In this document: in pieces, positions 11,925 through 24,348 of the stretch
Layout: every line of letters begins with the position of its first letter
Numbering within the stretch: position 1 is the first letter of the stretch
Assembly: GCA_951406725.2 (NCBI GenBank)
Contig: OX597819.1
Span: forward strand, 80,972,001 to 81,036,000
From: Octopus vulgaris
Taxonomy: Eukaryota
Reading direction: 5' to 3'
DNA length: 64,000 nt
The notes under the pieces: generated by a model
What the model was told of the DNA's origin: nothing
What the model saw: the letters and a program-made list of their open reading frames with translations, nothing else
Database searches by the model: none
Translations under genes and position numbers: made by a program

Positions 11925-12780
11925 AAATTTACAGCAAGTAGGTGCCTTAATCTAACACTTGGGAAGAGTACAAAGGACTTTGATGTTTCGAGCCTATGCT
12001 CTTTCACATACAAGTTTCAGAGGGTAAAAAAGTGAAGTGAGAACGAAAACAAAAAGGGAAGAGAAAAGATGCGTAGGGCTTAACGGTTCAACACGATGAA
12101 ATGACCGGAAGAGAGAGGTTGAATGAAAGGGTGATAATAACGGTGACCCGACTGAACAAGGGTGCGCATGTGTGTATGTGAGGATGGTATGTGATTGTGT
12201 ATGTATGAATGGAGGCGAGCACGTGTGAATGTATGTGTGGGCGACCTTAAAATTATGTGGGCCTTTGTGTGCGTGGGAACGTGTGTGTGTATGTGTATAA
12301 GTAACCTAGTGCGTGCATTTTGATAAGTGATGTTCGTTTCGTATATTTGTGTATGTATGGACGCGTGTATATGTGTGAAGCTGTGTATAATATGTGGGTG
12401 AGGCTATTGTGTGCATTAGTGCATGGAATGTGTGTGGGTGTATGGATGTTAGTGCATGGAGTGTGTATGCATTATGTTGTGCATAATGGTATGTAGTGTG
12501 GGTACTGAGAGATGTGGGGTGCTAGTGTGTGTGGAGTGGGAGGATGTGTGTAAGTGCATGAATGTATGTGGGTGGTTGCGCAATGGTGTGTGGTGAAGGT
12601 ACTGAGTTAGGCGCTGTACTGGTGTGGTGTGTGGTGTGAGTACTGAATTGAACAGTGTGTATAGGTGTTTGTGTAATGGTGTATGGGGTGAGGGTACCGA
12701 GTTAGGAGGTGTACAAGTGTGAGGGTGGAGGGGAGAGGCAGTTAGAGGTGGGAGATGTGTGGGAATATGTGTGTCTAAAG
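11925..12780 (-). mobile_element. Probable PLE 3' UTR remnant (degenerate GT-rich repeats) ending at (TA)n
   Basis: Abuts (TA)n; hairpin GAGC atag GCTC-GAAAC on the minus strand at ~11985-12001. Confidence 0.4.
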
Positions 12781-12817
12781 TATATAGCAGAAATATATTT
12801 GATTCTAGTTAAATATA

Positions 12818-13050
12818 TATTTCTTTACTACCCACAAGGGGCTAAACATATAGGGGACAAACAAGGACAGACAAAGGGATTAAGTCGATTGCATCGACCC
12901 AGTGTGAAACTGGTACTTTATTTATCGACCCCGAGAGGATGAAAGGCAAAGTCGACCTCGGCGGAATTTGAACTCAGAACGTAACGACAGACGAAATACC
13001 GCTAAGCATTTCGCCCGGCGCGCTAACGTTTCTGCCAGCTCGCCGCTTTT
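12818..13050 (-). mobile_element. tRNA-derived SINE (family C) with 16-bp TSD
   Basis: Head GGCGAGCTGGCAGAAACGTTAGC...GAGTTCAAATTCC; TSD ATTCTAGTTAAATATA at 12802-12817 and 13051-13066. Confidence 0.9.
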
Positions 13051-13141
13051 ATTCTAGTTAAATATAGTCCGGTCATAGAGTGACCAGTAGTTTTGCATCC
13101 ATAAAGCACTTAGCTCTATGGACGACTCGTCAGATTCTCAC

Positions 13142-13204
<63 letters not shown>

Positions 13205-13237
13205 CATACAGACTGACAGACAGACAGACAGACAGAC

Positions 13238-13283
<46 letters not shown>

Positions 13284-13677
13284 GTAGATAGATAGATAAA
13301 TATATACACACATACATGCATGCATGCATGCATACATATATACATACATACATACATACATACATACATGCATGCATGCATACTTGCATTCATACACAAG
13401 CCTATATAAATATTCATGCAGCATGCGTATGCATGAGCGCTGAAATCAAATGCATTCCAGTGGAGACCATTCAGTATTTTACCTATGCATTGAACTGCAT
13501 TGTTTAGCATGTCTTATTTTAATATACCAGGGAGAGGTCTTTTATTATGTTTATAATAGATATATTTGACTGTTAGTTTTAGTAGGTCAAGGCTCTTTCA
13601 TTTGGGTCACATACGGATGGTTATAAATGTTAGTGGCTCAAGTGAAATTTGTTTAAGCTTTTAATATTTCTCCAAAA

Positions 13678-13885
13678 CAAGGTGGCGTGCTGGCAGAATC
13701 GTTAGCACGCCGGACGAAATGCTTCGCAGATTTTGTGCGTCTTTACGTTCTGAATTCAAATTCTGTCGACGTTGCCTTTCATCCTTTGGGAGTCGATAAA
13801 ATGTGCACCAGCTGAGCACTGGGGGCGACGTAACGATCTGCCCCCTCTACCGAAATTGCTGATCTTGTGCCAAAATTTGAAACTA
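13678..13885 (+). mobile_element. SINE family C
   Basis: GGTGGCGTGCTGGCAGAATCGTTAGCACGCCGG head. Confidence 0.8.
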
Positions 13886-14021
13886 AACACTCTTTTTTTC
13901 TCTCTCTCTCACTCCCTATCGCTTGCTCCTTGTCGCTCCCTCTCCCTCTCTCTCTCTATATATATATACATATATATATTTGTGTATAGGTATATATATG
14001 TACACACATATTAACATATAT

Positions 14022-14072
<51 letters not shown>

Positions 14073-14254
14073 CAAGTAATAGATAATGGTCATTACATAT
14101 TTTTCCTTTATTAGAGCAAATTAGGCCTACAGCTATTTCCAGTAGTCATTATAGGTACGTTAGTGATAGGTTTTCCCAATCGGTTTATGGGTATATATTA
14201 GTACATATACATGTACACACACATAAACACACATGCACAACTATATAGTTTGTT

Positions 14255-14505
14255 TCTTCTCGAGCCACTCCTGGCTCATAGGGCCGGTTTCCCGGTCCAT
14301 CGCAGGTGAGCTACAAGATGCAGGAGGAAAGAGTGAGAGAAAGTTGTAGCGAAAGAGTCAGCAGAAGTTCGCCATTACCTTCTGCCGGAGCCGCGTGGAG
14401 CTTAAGTGTTTCGTTCATAAACATACACATCGCTCGGTCTGAGATTCGAACCCGCGATCCCTCGACTGCGAGCCCACTGCTCTAACCTTTAGGCCATGTG
14501 CCTCC
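14255..14505 (-). mobile_element. SINE family A
   Basis: Reverse complement of the 10195-10470 family. Confidence 0.8.
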
Positions 14506-14529
14506 ATTCACAACTATATACATATAAAT

Positions 14530-16050
14530 AACTCACACACGGTAGTGCATGAATAATATTCTTATGGTCATCGTTTACTCCCTCGCGACCAATTCTAGAT
14601 TTTGTCACTAACTCAGTTTTTAACCAAATTAGATGATGTTTGCATTTTTAGATTGGCCACATCATAAGCTATATTTTCAGTTGCAAAATTTGAAAATTGT
14701 TTCAGCAGAAAAACAAGTTTCAGTAAAATGTGTGAGGTGAAAAACGGGAGAGTAATGCCTGAAATCGATTTTGACTCCAAATATCATTCTTATTTCAAAA
14801 GAAAACTATATTAAAATTCAACGTTTCTGATAGCTCTCCACTAGAGGAATCCGATGATGCCAGTTATATATATAAAAAAAAGTTTTAATAAAAAACTACT
14901 GGGGCCAAATGTGCTGAAAATAGTGATAACGTTTAAAATCAAATTCAAAATCTAAATTTTTGTTTTAACTTCATATGATAGAACTCATCAAAACGAGTAC
15001 CGTGGTGCTAACCTTTTCAAGAAAATATTCAAAATGAAAAAAGCGTAGGAGTGGCTGTGTGGTAAGTAGCTTGCTTACGAACCACATGGTTCCGGGTTCA
15101 GTCCCACTGTGTGGCACCTTGGACAAGTGTCTTCTACTATAGCCTCGGGCCGACCACAGCCTTGTGAGTGGATTTTGCAGGCGGAAACTGAAAGAAGCCC
15201 GTCGTATGTATGTCTTTGTGTGTCGGTGTTTGTTCCCCCAACATCGCTTGACAACCGATGCTGGTGTGTTTACATCCCCGTAACTTAACGGTTCGGCAAA
15301 ATAGACCGATAGCATAAGTACTAGGCTTACAAAGAATAAGTCCTGGGGTCGATTTGCTCGACTAAAGGCAGTGCTCCAGCATGGCCACAGTCAAATGACT
15401 GAAACAAGTAAAAGAATAAAAGAGTATATAAGCTAAATGTGCCAAAGGTAATTAAAACAATTTTCAAGTAATGCTACTTATTCCTGTACTAAGACATTAC
15501 ACGCACGGTCAAGGCTTCGCAGCATTTCGTCTGTTTCTACAATCTGAGTTCAAATTCTGCCAAAATCGTCTTTTCCTTTTGTCTTTTCGGTACTTGATAA
15601 AATGAGTATCCGCTGAGCACTGAAGTCGATGTAATCAACTTCCCTCCCTTCCGGATTCGATGATGGCCTTCTGCCAAAATTGGAAAGCAACTTTGCAAAA
15701 TGTTTGATTCACTTCAGTATTTAGGTATCTAGCAAAGATCTGCCTTATATTCATAATATACACTATATTGTAATAAATATAATTCACACACGGCAGTGTG
15801 TGAATAATATTCTTAAGGTCAATATTTACTCACTCGCGACCACTTCTAGGCTTTGTCACTAATTCAGTCTTTTTTTTCTAGCGAATTTGATGTTTATACA
15901 TTTTTAGATTGGTCACCTCCTAAGCTACATTTTGAGCTACAAAATTTGAAATTTGGTTCTGCAGAAAAAGTTGAGGTTTCAAATTTGAGATTTCAAAACG
16001 AGGAGAATAACGCCTGAAATCGACTTCAGGGTCGATTTCACGCGACGCTG
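14530..16050 (+). repeat. Two diverged copies (~14530-14780 and ~15783-16040) of an unclassified repeat, possibly a DNA-transposon end
   Basis: Shared TCACACACGG(T/C)AGTG..TGAATAATATTCTTA..GGTCA...CTCGCGACCA.TTCTAG...TTTTAGATTGG...GAGTAATGCCTGAAATCGA. Confidence 0.65.
15043..15425 (+). mobile_element. tRNA-derived SINE (family B, internal microsatellite, CR1-like tail)
   Basis: GGAGTGGCTGTGTGGTAAG...GGTTCAGTCCC head; tail CAGCATGGCCACAGTCAAATGACTGAAACAAGTAAAAG. Confidence 0.9.
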
Positions 16051-16061
16051 CATACATACTT

Positions 16062-16136
<75 letters not shown>

Positions 16137-16317
16137 CATGCACTTACACATAAGTAACATTTAAACGCCTATGAAGAGAAACAAAAGTGAATGTGACAAA
16201 TACGTAGCTTTAAGGATAGAGGGGGTAAGTTGACAACAATTGAGGGCAAGGGGACTTTTCTGCTGTACATCGTAAATAAACACTCACACTCAGACACACA
16301 TACATACATAAATACAT

Positions 16318-16622
16318 GTGGAGGCGCAATGGCCCAGTGGTTAGGGCAGCGGACTCGTGGTCGGAGAATCATGGTTTCGATTCCCAGACCGGGCGTTGTG
16401 TGTGTTTATTGAGCGAAAACACCTGAAGCTTCACGAGGCACCGGCAGGGGGTGGTGGCGACCCCTGTTGTACTCTTTCGCCCCAACTTTCTCTCACGCTT
16501 TCTTCTTGAGTAACGCTGCGATGGACTGTCGTGCCGTCCAAGCTAGTGGGGGGGGGAACACATACGCCACAGAAACCGGGAAACCGGGTCCATGAGCTTG
16601 GCTAGGCTTGAAAAGGGCGCAT
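16318..16622 (+). mobile_element. SINE family A
   Basis: GTGGAGGCGCAATGGCCCAGTGGTTAGGGCAGCGGACTCG...GGTTTCGATTCCC. Confidence 0.85.
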
Positions 16623-16630
16623 AAAAATAC

Positions 16631-16693
<63 letters not shown>

Positions 16694-16823
16694 GAAATGA
16701 GGTAATCAGAAGATCGGATGGTTCATATTTATAGATATTTATTTATATATTACATATTTTACATATATATATCATATCATTCAGATCATATCATTCAGAT
16801 TATTAGCGCTTTCTCCCATTCTA

Positions 16824-16918
<95 letters not shown>

Positions 16919-17186
16919 GGAAATGAAGAAAATGCTGACAAAATAATTTAAGTAAGGGAGAGTGTATTTAATTAGGTGAAAGTTCGTTTTTTAAACAAAA
17001 AAAGAGAAAAATTGGGTTAGAATACAATGTTCATTTTTTGTGAATGATTTCAGTGTATAAGAAAAAAAGTAAGAGTCTTTTACAGTGTTCTGTTTCAGAA
17101 TAAGGTATTTAGTAAAAGCGTGTAACATACAGTTTTTGTGGAAAAGTTCAATGTCAGATTTCAGTGTAGATTAAAAAAAGTAAGAG

Positions 17187-17220
17187 TTTACCGGTTGCGC
17201 ATTTGTTATGCTTATCAAAA
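17187..17220 (-). ncRNA. Hammerhead-like motif (U3-A8, GCAA in place of GAAA) in the left pseudo-LTR
   Basis: TT-TTGATAA-GCAT aacaa ATGC-GCAA-CCGG-TA-AA; stem I is only 2 bp. Confidence 0.55.
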
Positions 17221-17640
17221 GATATTTTGAGTGAGATAGAGTTCCTTTGTGATTGATTTTTTTCTCTTATCTGACTTTATGTTGGGTTTGCTGTCTCTTA
17301 TATGTGAAAAAAGAGGCTCCAGAGTTGTTTAAGATTTGCTTGGTTTCGCGCCTAAAATTTCTTATTAGTCATAATAAAGAGGTCACGTGAATGTGGTCAT
17401 AATAGAGAGGTCACGTGAATGTTTAGAATGAATGTTGATGTAGGTGGTGTATGGAGTTTTCGAAAATAGCGTTGTTGAAAATTCTTATTGTTCAGGCTGG
17501 TCAGTAGACGTCATGTGGAGATTTTGAATAGCTTTTCAGCGCGTAGTTAAGGAGTGTATTTTCCGCTTGACTGAATTTGAGCTGGAAAAGTAAGTTCGTT
17601 TAGGACAGGAAGAGCTATATGTATGTGTGTGTGTGTGTGT

Positions 17641-17681
<41 letters not shown>

Positions 17682-17964
17682 TATATGTATGTTGGGGCGC
17701 GCGCGCGTGTATATATGTGTGCGTGTGTGGGTACAATTTTCAATATTTATAGTTCTGCTGGCCTTGTGCCTGTATCGGGAAGCAACGTGTTTGTGTGAAG
17801 TCAATATTTACAGTCATTTCCAAAAAATAGTGTTGGATGTTTTGCACCCGTATCAAATTATGTGTATGTGTGGAACCATATGTTTGCCTGTGTCATGGTG
17901 TTAATATCTGGGTAAAAGTGTGTGTAGGGTGTGTGCAGGTGTAAGTGTGTTTGTTGTGGGTTCG

Positions 17965-20860
17965 TGTTAGGGGGATGTGTTTAGAAGTGGTCTGTATTTA
18001 TTAATAAGGTGGGATTCCGTGGTTATTCGCTGGGTATGAGTGGCATTGTCTTTAAATTTGTAGAGGGGAAAGATTCTAAAATTGGGATGAAGTTGTGCGG
18101 CACATGTATCAATATGTGCACTAAGTGCTATTTTTCTGTATTTTTATTTGGGATCTATGGACAGCCATGCGTTGGTGGAGGCTATTTTTAGTTTGGCCTA
18201 TGTAGTGTTCATTACAGCCCGAGCAAGTTAAGACATATACTAGGTTTTCTGATGCGCATGTGAAGTTGTGTTTTACTGTGAAACGTTGTCCTTGTTTAAA
18301 AAGGAATTCCGGACCTTCTTTTAGGTTGATGCATATACCACAGTTGGGTCTATTGCATTTGTTTACTGTGGGTTTAGTTGTTGTCGTTGGCAGTACTTTG
18401 GTATTTGTTAGGATGGTTTTCAATGATTTGGGTTGCCTTTTGCTCTTTATGATTTCGAGTGTTAGGAGGATTTGGTCCATTCTATGGTCCTTTTTTAATA
18501 CAGGAATGTTCTGGAGGATGGTGTCAAAAGTTTCATTGTTGAGGGAGTTGTGTGTAGAGATGTATGGTAGAGTATGGGGTTTCGATGTAACAGGTTTAGG
18601 GCGTCTAAGTTCCTGTGTGCTGAGTTTTAGGGCGCGTTGCATCCCATTGTCAATTAGTGACGTGGGGTAATCCCTGCTTGTTAATGTGTCCTTAAGTTCT
18701 TGTAGACGTAAGAGATGGGTGTTTTTATTGGAGACTATAGTGCAAATTCTCTTGGCTAAGTTGTAGGGAATGTTAATTTTAACGTGTCTAGGGTGGCATG
18801 AATTGAAAGGGAGGTATTGCTTGGAGTCTGTGGGCTTGTAGTATATGTCTGTTTCTATTTTTTTATTGTGAATTTTAATGAGGATGTCGAGGAAGGGAAT
18901 TTGTTGAGGGCTGTATTCCATTGTGAAAATAATGTTTGTGTTGAGCCCATTTATAAGGGCGTGAAATTATTTAAGCTTCTCGATGGTTTCGGGCCAAAGG
19001 ATGAAGCAGTCATCAAGATATCTCTTCCAGTTCTTCTCTATGTGTGTGTGGAGAGTGGTGCCAAATTGGTTAAGAACGTTATTATAGAGGGTGATTTCCA
19101 GGTATCCCATGACTAGGTTGGCGTAAGTGGGAGCTGTTTTCGTTCCCATTGCCGTCCCTGATTTCTGTCTGTAGAATTTGTTGTTGAAAGTGAAGAAATT
19201 ATTCTCTAAGATGAATTTGAGTCCTTCTAAAATAAATTCCTTTTTGATGCGGTGTGGGAGTTCGTTGGAGTAATTATCCAGCCAGAATTGGATAGCTTCT
19301 ATTCCTAGGTTGTGGGGGATGTTGGAGTAAAGATTAACTACATCGAATGTTACTAGCAGGGTTTGTTCAGCAAGAAGTGTATTGGGGAGGTGGTTGAGCA
19401 TATCTAGATCGTCCCTTATGTAGCTTTTAATGTGTTTGAGGAAGGGCTTGAGAAGGGTATCAATGAAGTTGCTAAGGCGGTGGGTTTCGCAAGCGGGACC
19501 TGCTATTATAGGTCTCAATTTGAGGTCATTTCGTGAGGGGACATTGATTACAGAGTTTGTGGCTTCCTTGCATGCCTTACTTATTAATTCGCTTTTATGA
19601 ATTTTGGGAATACCGTAGAAGAGGCTGGTTTTACTAGTGAAATTTGAGATGAAGTGAGATGAAGTTGAATTCTTTGTTAGTGAGTTCTTCTTTGTGGGGG
19701 TTGATCTGGGTTTTTAAGTTTCTCATAATTTTCTGTTGATTGTAGTGTTCAGCCTTTTCGTAATATGTTCCATTTTCCAAGGTGGAGAGTGCTAAGTTGA
19801 TATAGTATTCAGTCTCCATTAAGACTACTGCACTTCCTTTGTCGGCCTCTTTAATGGTGATAGATCTTTCATTTTTTAATTTGTTTAATTCTTCCCACTC
19901 TTTCTTGTTGAGGTTTTGTTTGGGTTTTGGTTTGTGTAAGTGTTGGTAGGGGAAGTTTGTAATGTGCTCACAGAATTTGTCTAGGATTTTATTTCTACCT
20001 TTTGGTGGGGTGTAGTTGCTTTTATTTCTAGCTAGTGACTCATCCTCATTGTGCTGGTCGAATAGTTCCTCACTAAGTCGTAATTTTCTGCAAAATTCTG
20101 TAATGTCTTCCTTCATTTGGAAGTGGAGGGGGGTGAATTTAAGACCTTTGGAGAGTAAGTTGAGAATGTTGGGGTTGGGCTCTGTATTGGTTAAATTGAT
20201 GACTTTAATTAGTTTCTGTTTCTCTTCCCTGTCCTGTGTTATTTTGTTTGCCTGTATCTGTGTGCTGTGTCTAAAAAATGGTGGTGTTAAGAGGTCCTGT
20301 GTGTTTGTCATATTCCTTGTTGTGAAATATGGTTCGGGTTCGTGGTTGTGGATAGAATGGAGTGTTCCTGTATTGCGGGTGTTGGTGTGTGTTTCTTTGT
20401 GTCATGTTGGATTGTGGTGATATGAATGGCCTACGTGGGTGCTTGTATCGAGTGGTATGGGCTTGTTGTGTATTGTGAGAGTTGAGAAAGTGAAAATTAC
20501 CTTGTTGTCCCCTCGTAGTGTGGACGTTGTTGTGTCTATCCTGGTAGTGGAATCCTCTTTTATTTGTTAATAAGGTATTCGAGTAATTGTTGAGTTGTTG
20601 TGTATAGTGTCTCCTTGAAGGGGGAAATTCGTTAATGTAATTCTGGTGATGAGGGTTTCCAGGGTTCTTGTTCCTCCTTATGGACGTGGGGTAAGAAGGT
20701 ACATCTTCAATATGCTGTTTCCTTCTTTTGTTCGAGGTTGGAGGGTTGGCGGAGTAGTTCTGTGGTTGGGTTCCTGGTTTTCCCATTTTTATGAACGGGT
20801 TATTGGAAGAGTAATCCGTTTTGAAAGTCGATTCATAGTTTAGGAACCAGGTGGCACTTT
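17965..20860 (-). pseudogene. PLE polyprotein (RT + thumb + GIY-YIG endonuclease), broken by frameshifts
   Basis: LLSKGLKFTP, IKEADKGSAVVLM, FYGIPKIHK, RPIIAG, TFDVVNLYSNIPH, QKSGTAMGTKTAPTYANL, WKRYLDDCF, IPFLDILI, YKPTD..YLPFNSCHP, NLVYVLTCSGCNEHYIGQT. Confidence 0.95.
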
Positions 20861-21818
20861 TTACAACTTTAAAGACAATGCCACTCATACCCAGCGAATA
20901 ACTATGGAATCCCACCTTATTAATAAATACAGACCACTTCTAAACACATCCCCCTAACACGAACCCACAACAAACACACTTACACCTGCACACCCTACAC
21001 ACACTTTTACCCAGATATTAACACCATGACACAGGCAAACATATGGTTCCACACATACACATAATTTGATACGGGTGCAAAACATCCAATACTATTTTTT
21101 GGAAATGACTGTAAATATTGACTTCATACAAACACGTTGCTTCCCGATACAGGCACAAGGCCAGCAGAACTATAAATATTGAAAATTGTACCCACACACG
21201 CACACATATATATACACACACACACACTCACACACACACACACACGCACACACACACACGCGCGCGCGCGCGCACACATACATATAGCTCTTCCTGTCCT
21301 AAACGAACTTACTTTTCCAGCTCAAATTCAGTCAAGCGGAAAATACACTCCATAACTACGCGCTGAAAAGCTATTCAAAATCTCCACATGACGTCTACTG
21401 ACCAGCCTGAACAATAAGAATTTTCAACAACGCTATTTTCGAAAACTCCATACACCACCTACATCAACATTCATTCTAAACATTCACGTGACCTCTCTAT
21501 TATGACCACATTCACGTGACCTCTTTATTATGACCAATAAGAAATTTTAGGCGCGATACCAGCCAAATTTTAACATCTCTGGAGCCTATTTTCTTACCCC
21601 AACACCAACTTCCATTCAAACATTCACGTGACCCCTTTATAATGACCAATCAAAATTGTATTGACAATTGTCCACAAGAAATTTTAGGCGCGAAACCAAG
21701 CAAATCTTAAACAACTCTGGAGCCTCTTTTTTCACATATAAGAGACAGCAAACCCAACATAAAGTCAGATAAGAGAAAAAAATCAATCAGAAAGGAACTC
21801 TATCTCATTTAAAATATC

Positions 21819-21852
21819 TTTTGATAAGCATAACAAATGCGCAACCGGTAAA
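21819..21852 (+). ncRNA. Hammerhead-like motif (U3-A8, GCAA) in the right pseudo-LTR
   Basis: Same motif as 17187-17220 and 54649-54682. Confidence 0.55.
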
Positions 21853-23914
21853 CTCTTACTTTTTTTATTCCACACTGAAATTTGACATTGAACTTTTCCA
21901 CAAAAAACTGTATATTACACGCTTTTACTAAATATCTTATTCTGAAACAGAACACTGTAAAAGACTCTTACTTTTTTTCTTATACACTGAAATCATTCAC
22001 AAAAAATGAACATTGTATTCTAACCCAATTTTTCTCTTTTTTTTTGTTTAAAAAAAGAACTTTCACCTAATTAAATACACTCTCCCTTAATTAGTTTGTC
22101 AGCATTTTCTTCATTTCCTTTTTTTATATATCACAACTCGTGTTTCACATCTCCTTTTTTAAATATATATATATATATATATATATGCATAAATACGTTC
22201 ATACATACATACTTACTGCAAAAGAATGTTACTGAGGTTTGATAATTTTCACCTAACCAGAAACCAGGATTTCGAAGCTGGCATTTTCTGCATGATAGTT
22301 ACCTATCACAAAATGTTAGCAAAATCGTTATACGACGAGAAATTTTTATTCAACAAACGAAAGCAAAGCATTACGACGGCCAATGTTGTAAGAACTGCAG
22401 TTTTGATAAGTTTTTTTGTTTGCTTTTAAACTTTAATTCAATATTAAGAGTAGTAGAATTTAGATTATTATTTCTTAGGGTAAATTGACAAAGTTTTTGC
22501 TTTCGGATACTATGATTGGATTCTCAGAGAAGCAGGATTTAGATTTTTTTAATTTTCAGGCAAGTTGACAAGAACAATTTTGCATGAATTTTGACCAACA
22601 AGCTAACTGCCTTACGGTGGATGCATTGGCTATTTTTACATTTAAAAAATTTTATATTAGCCATAGCTTTACTATTCATATGCCCAGGTTCTCTTCTTAC
22701 TATATAGTTGATATATTCTCAGACCTCTTCTTAATTATATAGATATAGGTAATTTATTCCTTGGTTTTATAATAAAACTACTATTACATTAATATTCACT
22801 ATTATATAGAAAATTATTTTTTATAATGAATTTTTACACTTTCCTTTTTGATGTGTTCGTATTATGCACTTCGTTACAATATAAAAATTTATATACAAAG
22901 ATATAGGATCTAATATTTTGTACAATTATAATTACATTTCTCATTATTCTAAAAAATTATTAACTTTAAAGGAAATAAATATACAGGCTGGTTTCATCTA
23001 ATTAACACAAAACAAGCATTCATTTATTTATAACAAATATCGATTGCATGCTTTAATTTTGATGCTTCACTTTATTGGGGGTGGGGCGCATTGAATACAT
23101 GGCCAAATAATAATAATCACGAAGAAAAATAAATAATATGGTCGGTACTGAATTGAATGATAAACAAAGGAAGCAAAATCAAACAAATATGAAAGGAAAA
23201 GAAAAAATATTGGAAATTGAAAATATAAATCAAATATTGTAAAAGGACAAGAAAATTTAGAGTCAAAAATAAAGAATACAACAAACGAAAAAAAATAGCA
23301 AAAAAATCATTTAAAGAAACAAATAAAACAAATAATGCAAATAGACAAAAAAAAATATTTTTATATTAGCCAATGCAACGAAATCGTGTCCAGATAACTT
23401 TTTCGTATATTTAGAATTTAAGAACATCTGAAAATTGAAAAAAAAAACAATATAAAATTATTTTCGTTCAATCAACAACAATGAAAAATGATTCAAATAT
23501 TTTTTAACAAAGGAATATTAATTGGTTTTATTGTATTGCCTGGGAAAAAAGTGAATTACAATTAAAAATGCAGGCGCATACATTTTAATATTCTTAAGTT
23601 ATTACACCTGGAAAAGTACAGAACAATATTTCTATAGTAAATTTTGCTTAATTCATCACTTCTAAAGGAAACTAAAAAGTACATAAAATTCTACTGTACT
23701 TAAAATATTGCAGCCGAGAATAGCATCTTTAAATTTAAAATCCATTATATTAGGTAAATTTGAGATAATTTATTTTATTTATTATGAGAATCTAAAAAAA
23801 AAACACATAAATCTTTAATAACATGGTACGAAAATAATTTAAACGAAACATTTTAAAAAAAAATCATTTTCTAAAAATAATATACAATTGAAACAGACAT
23901 TTTATTTAGTTGTA

Positions 23915-24116
23915 TCTCTTTTACTCTTTACTCTTTTACTTGTTTCAGTCATTTGACCGCGGCCATGCTGGAGTACTGCCTTTAGTCGAGCAAATCGACC
24001 CCAAGACTTATTCTTTGTAAGCCTAGTACTTATTCTATCGGTCTCTTTTGCCGAACCGCTAAGTTACGGGGACGCAAACACACCAGCATCGGTTGTGAAG
24101 CGATGTTGGGGCAACA

Positions 24117-24202
<86 letters not shown>

Positions 24203-24348
24203 CATATATACGACGGGCTTCTTTCAGTTTCCGTCTACCTAATCCACTTACAAGTCTTTGGTCGGCTCAAGACTATAGTAGAAGACACTTGCCCAAGGTG
24301 CCACGCAGTGGGACTGAACCGGGAACCATGTGGTTGGTAAGCAAGCTA
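23915..24348 (-). mobile_element. SINE family B
   Basis: Matches 15043-15425, with internal (CA)n(TA)n. Confidence 0.9.

Larger units (their letters stand above)
16915..22163 (-). mobile_element. Near-full-length Penelope-like retroelement with inverted pseudo-LTRs, inserted in (TA)n
   Basis: RT and GIY-YIG ORF pieces on the minus strand. 16915-18063 is the reverse complement of ~20862-22125. (TA)n lies on both sides. Confidence 0.95.

Noticed and set aside
16800-16822. Minus-strand GAAAGCGCTA hammerhead half
   Set aside because: Truncated by (TA)n with no core present; at most a PLE end fragment.
16915-22163. DNA transposon or Polinton with long TIRs
   Set aside because: The interior encodes PLE RT and GIY-YIG, and the arm includes the ORF's own 3' end.
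23138-23482. TAA/TAG=Gln (ciliate code) reading suggesting contamination
   Set aside because: Read-through is expected in such A-rich DNA, and the flanks are host-type repeats.
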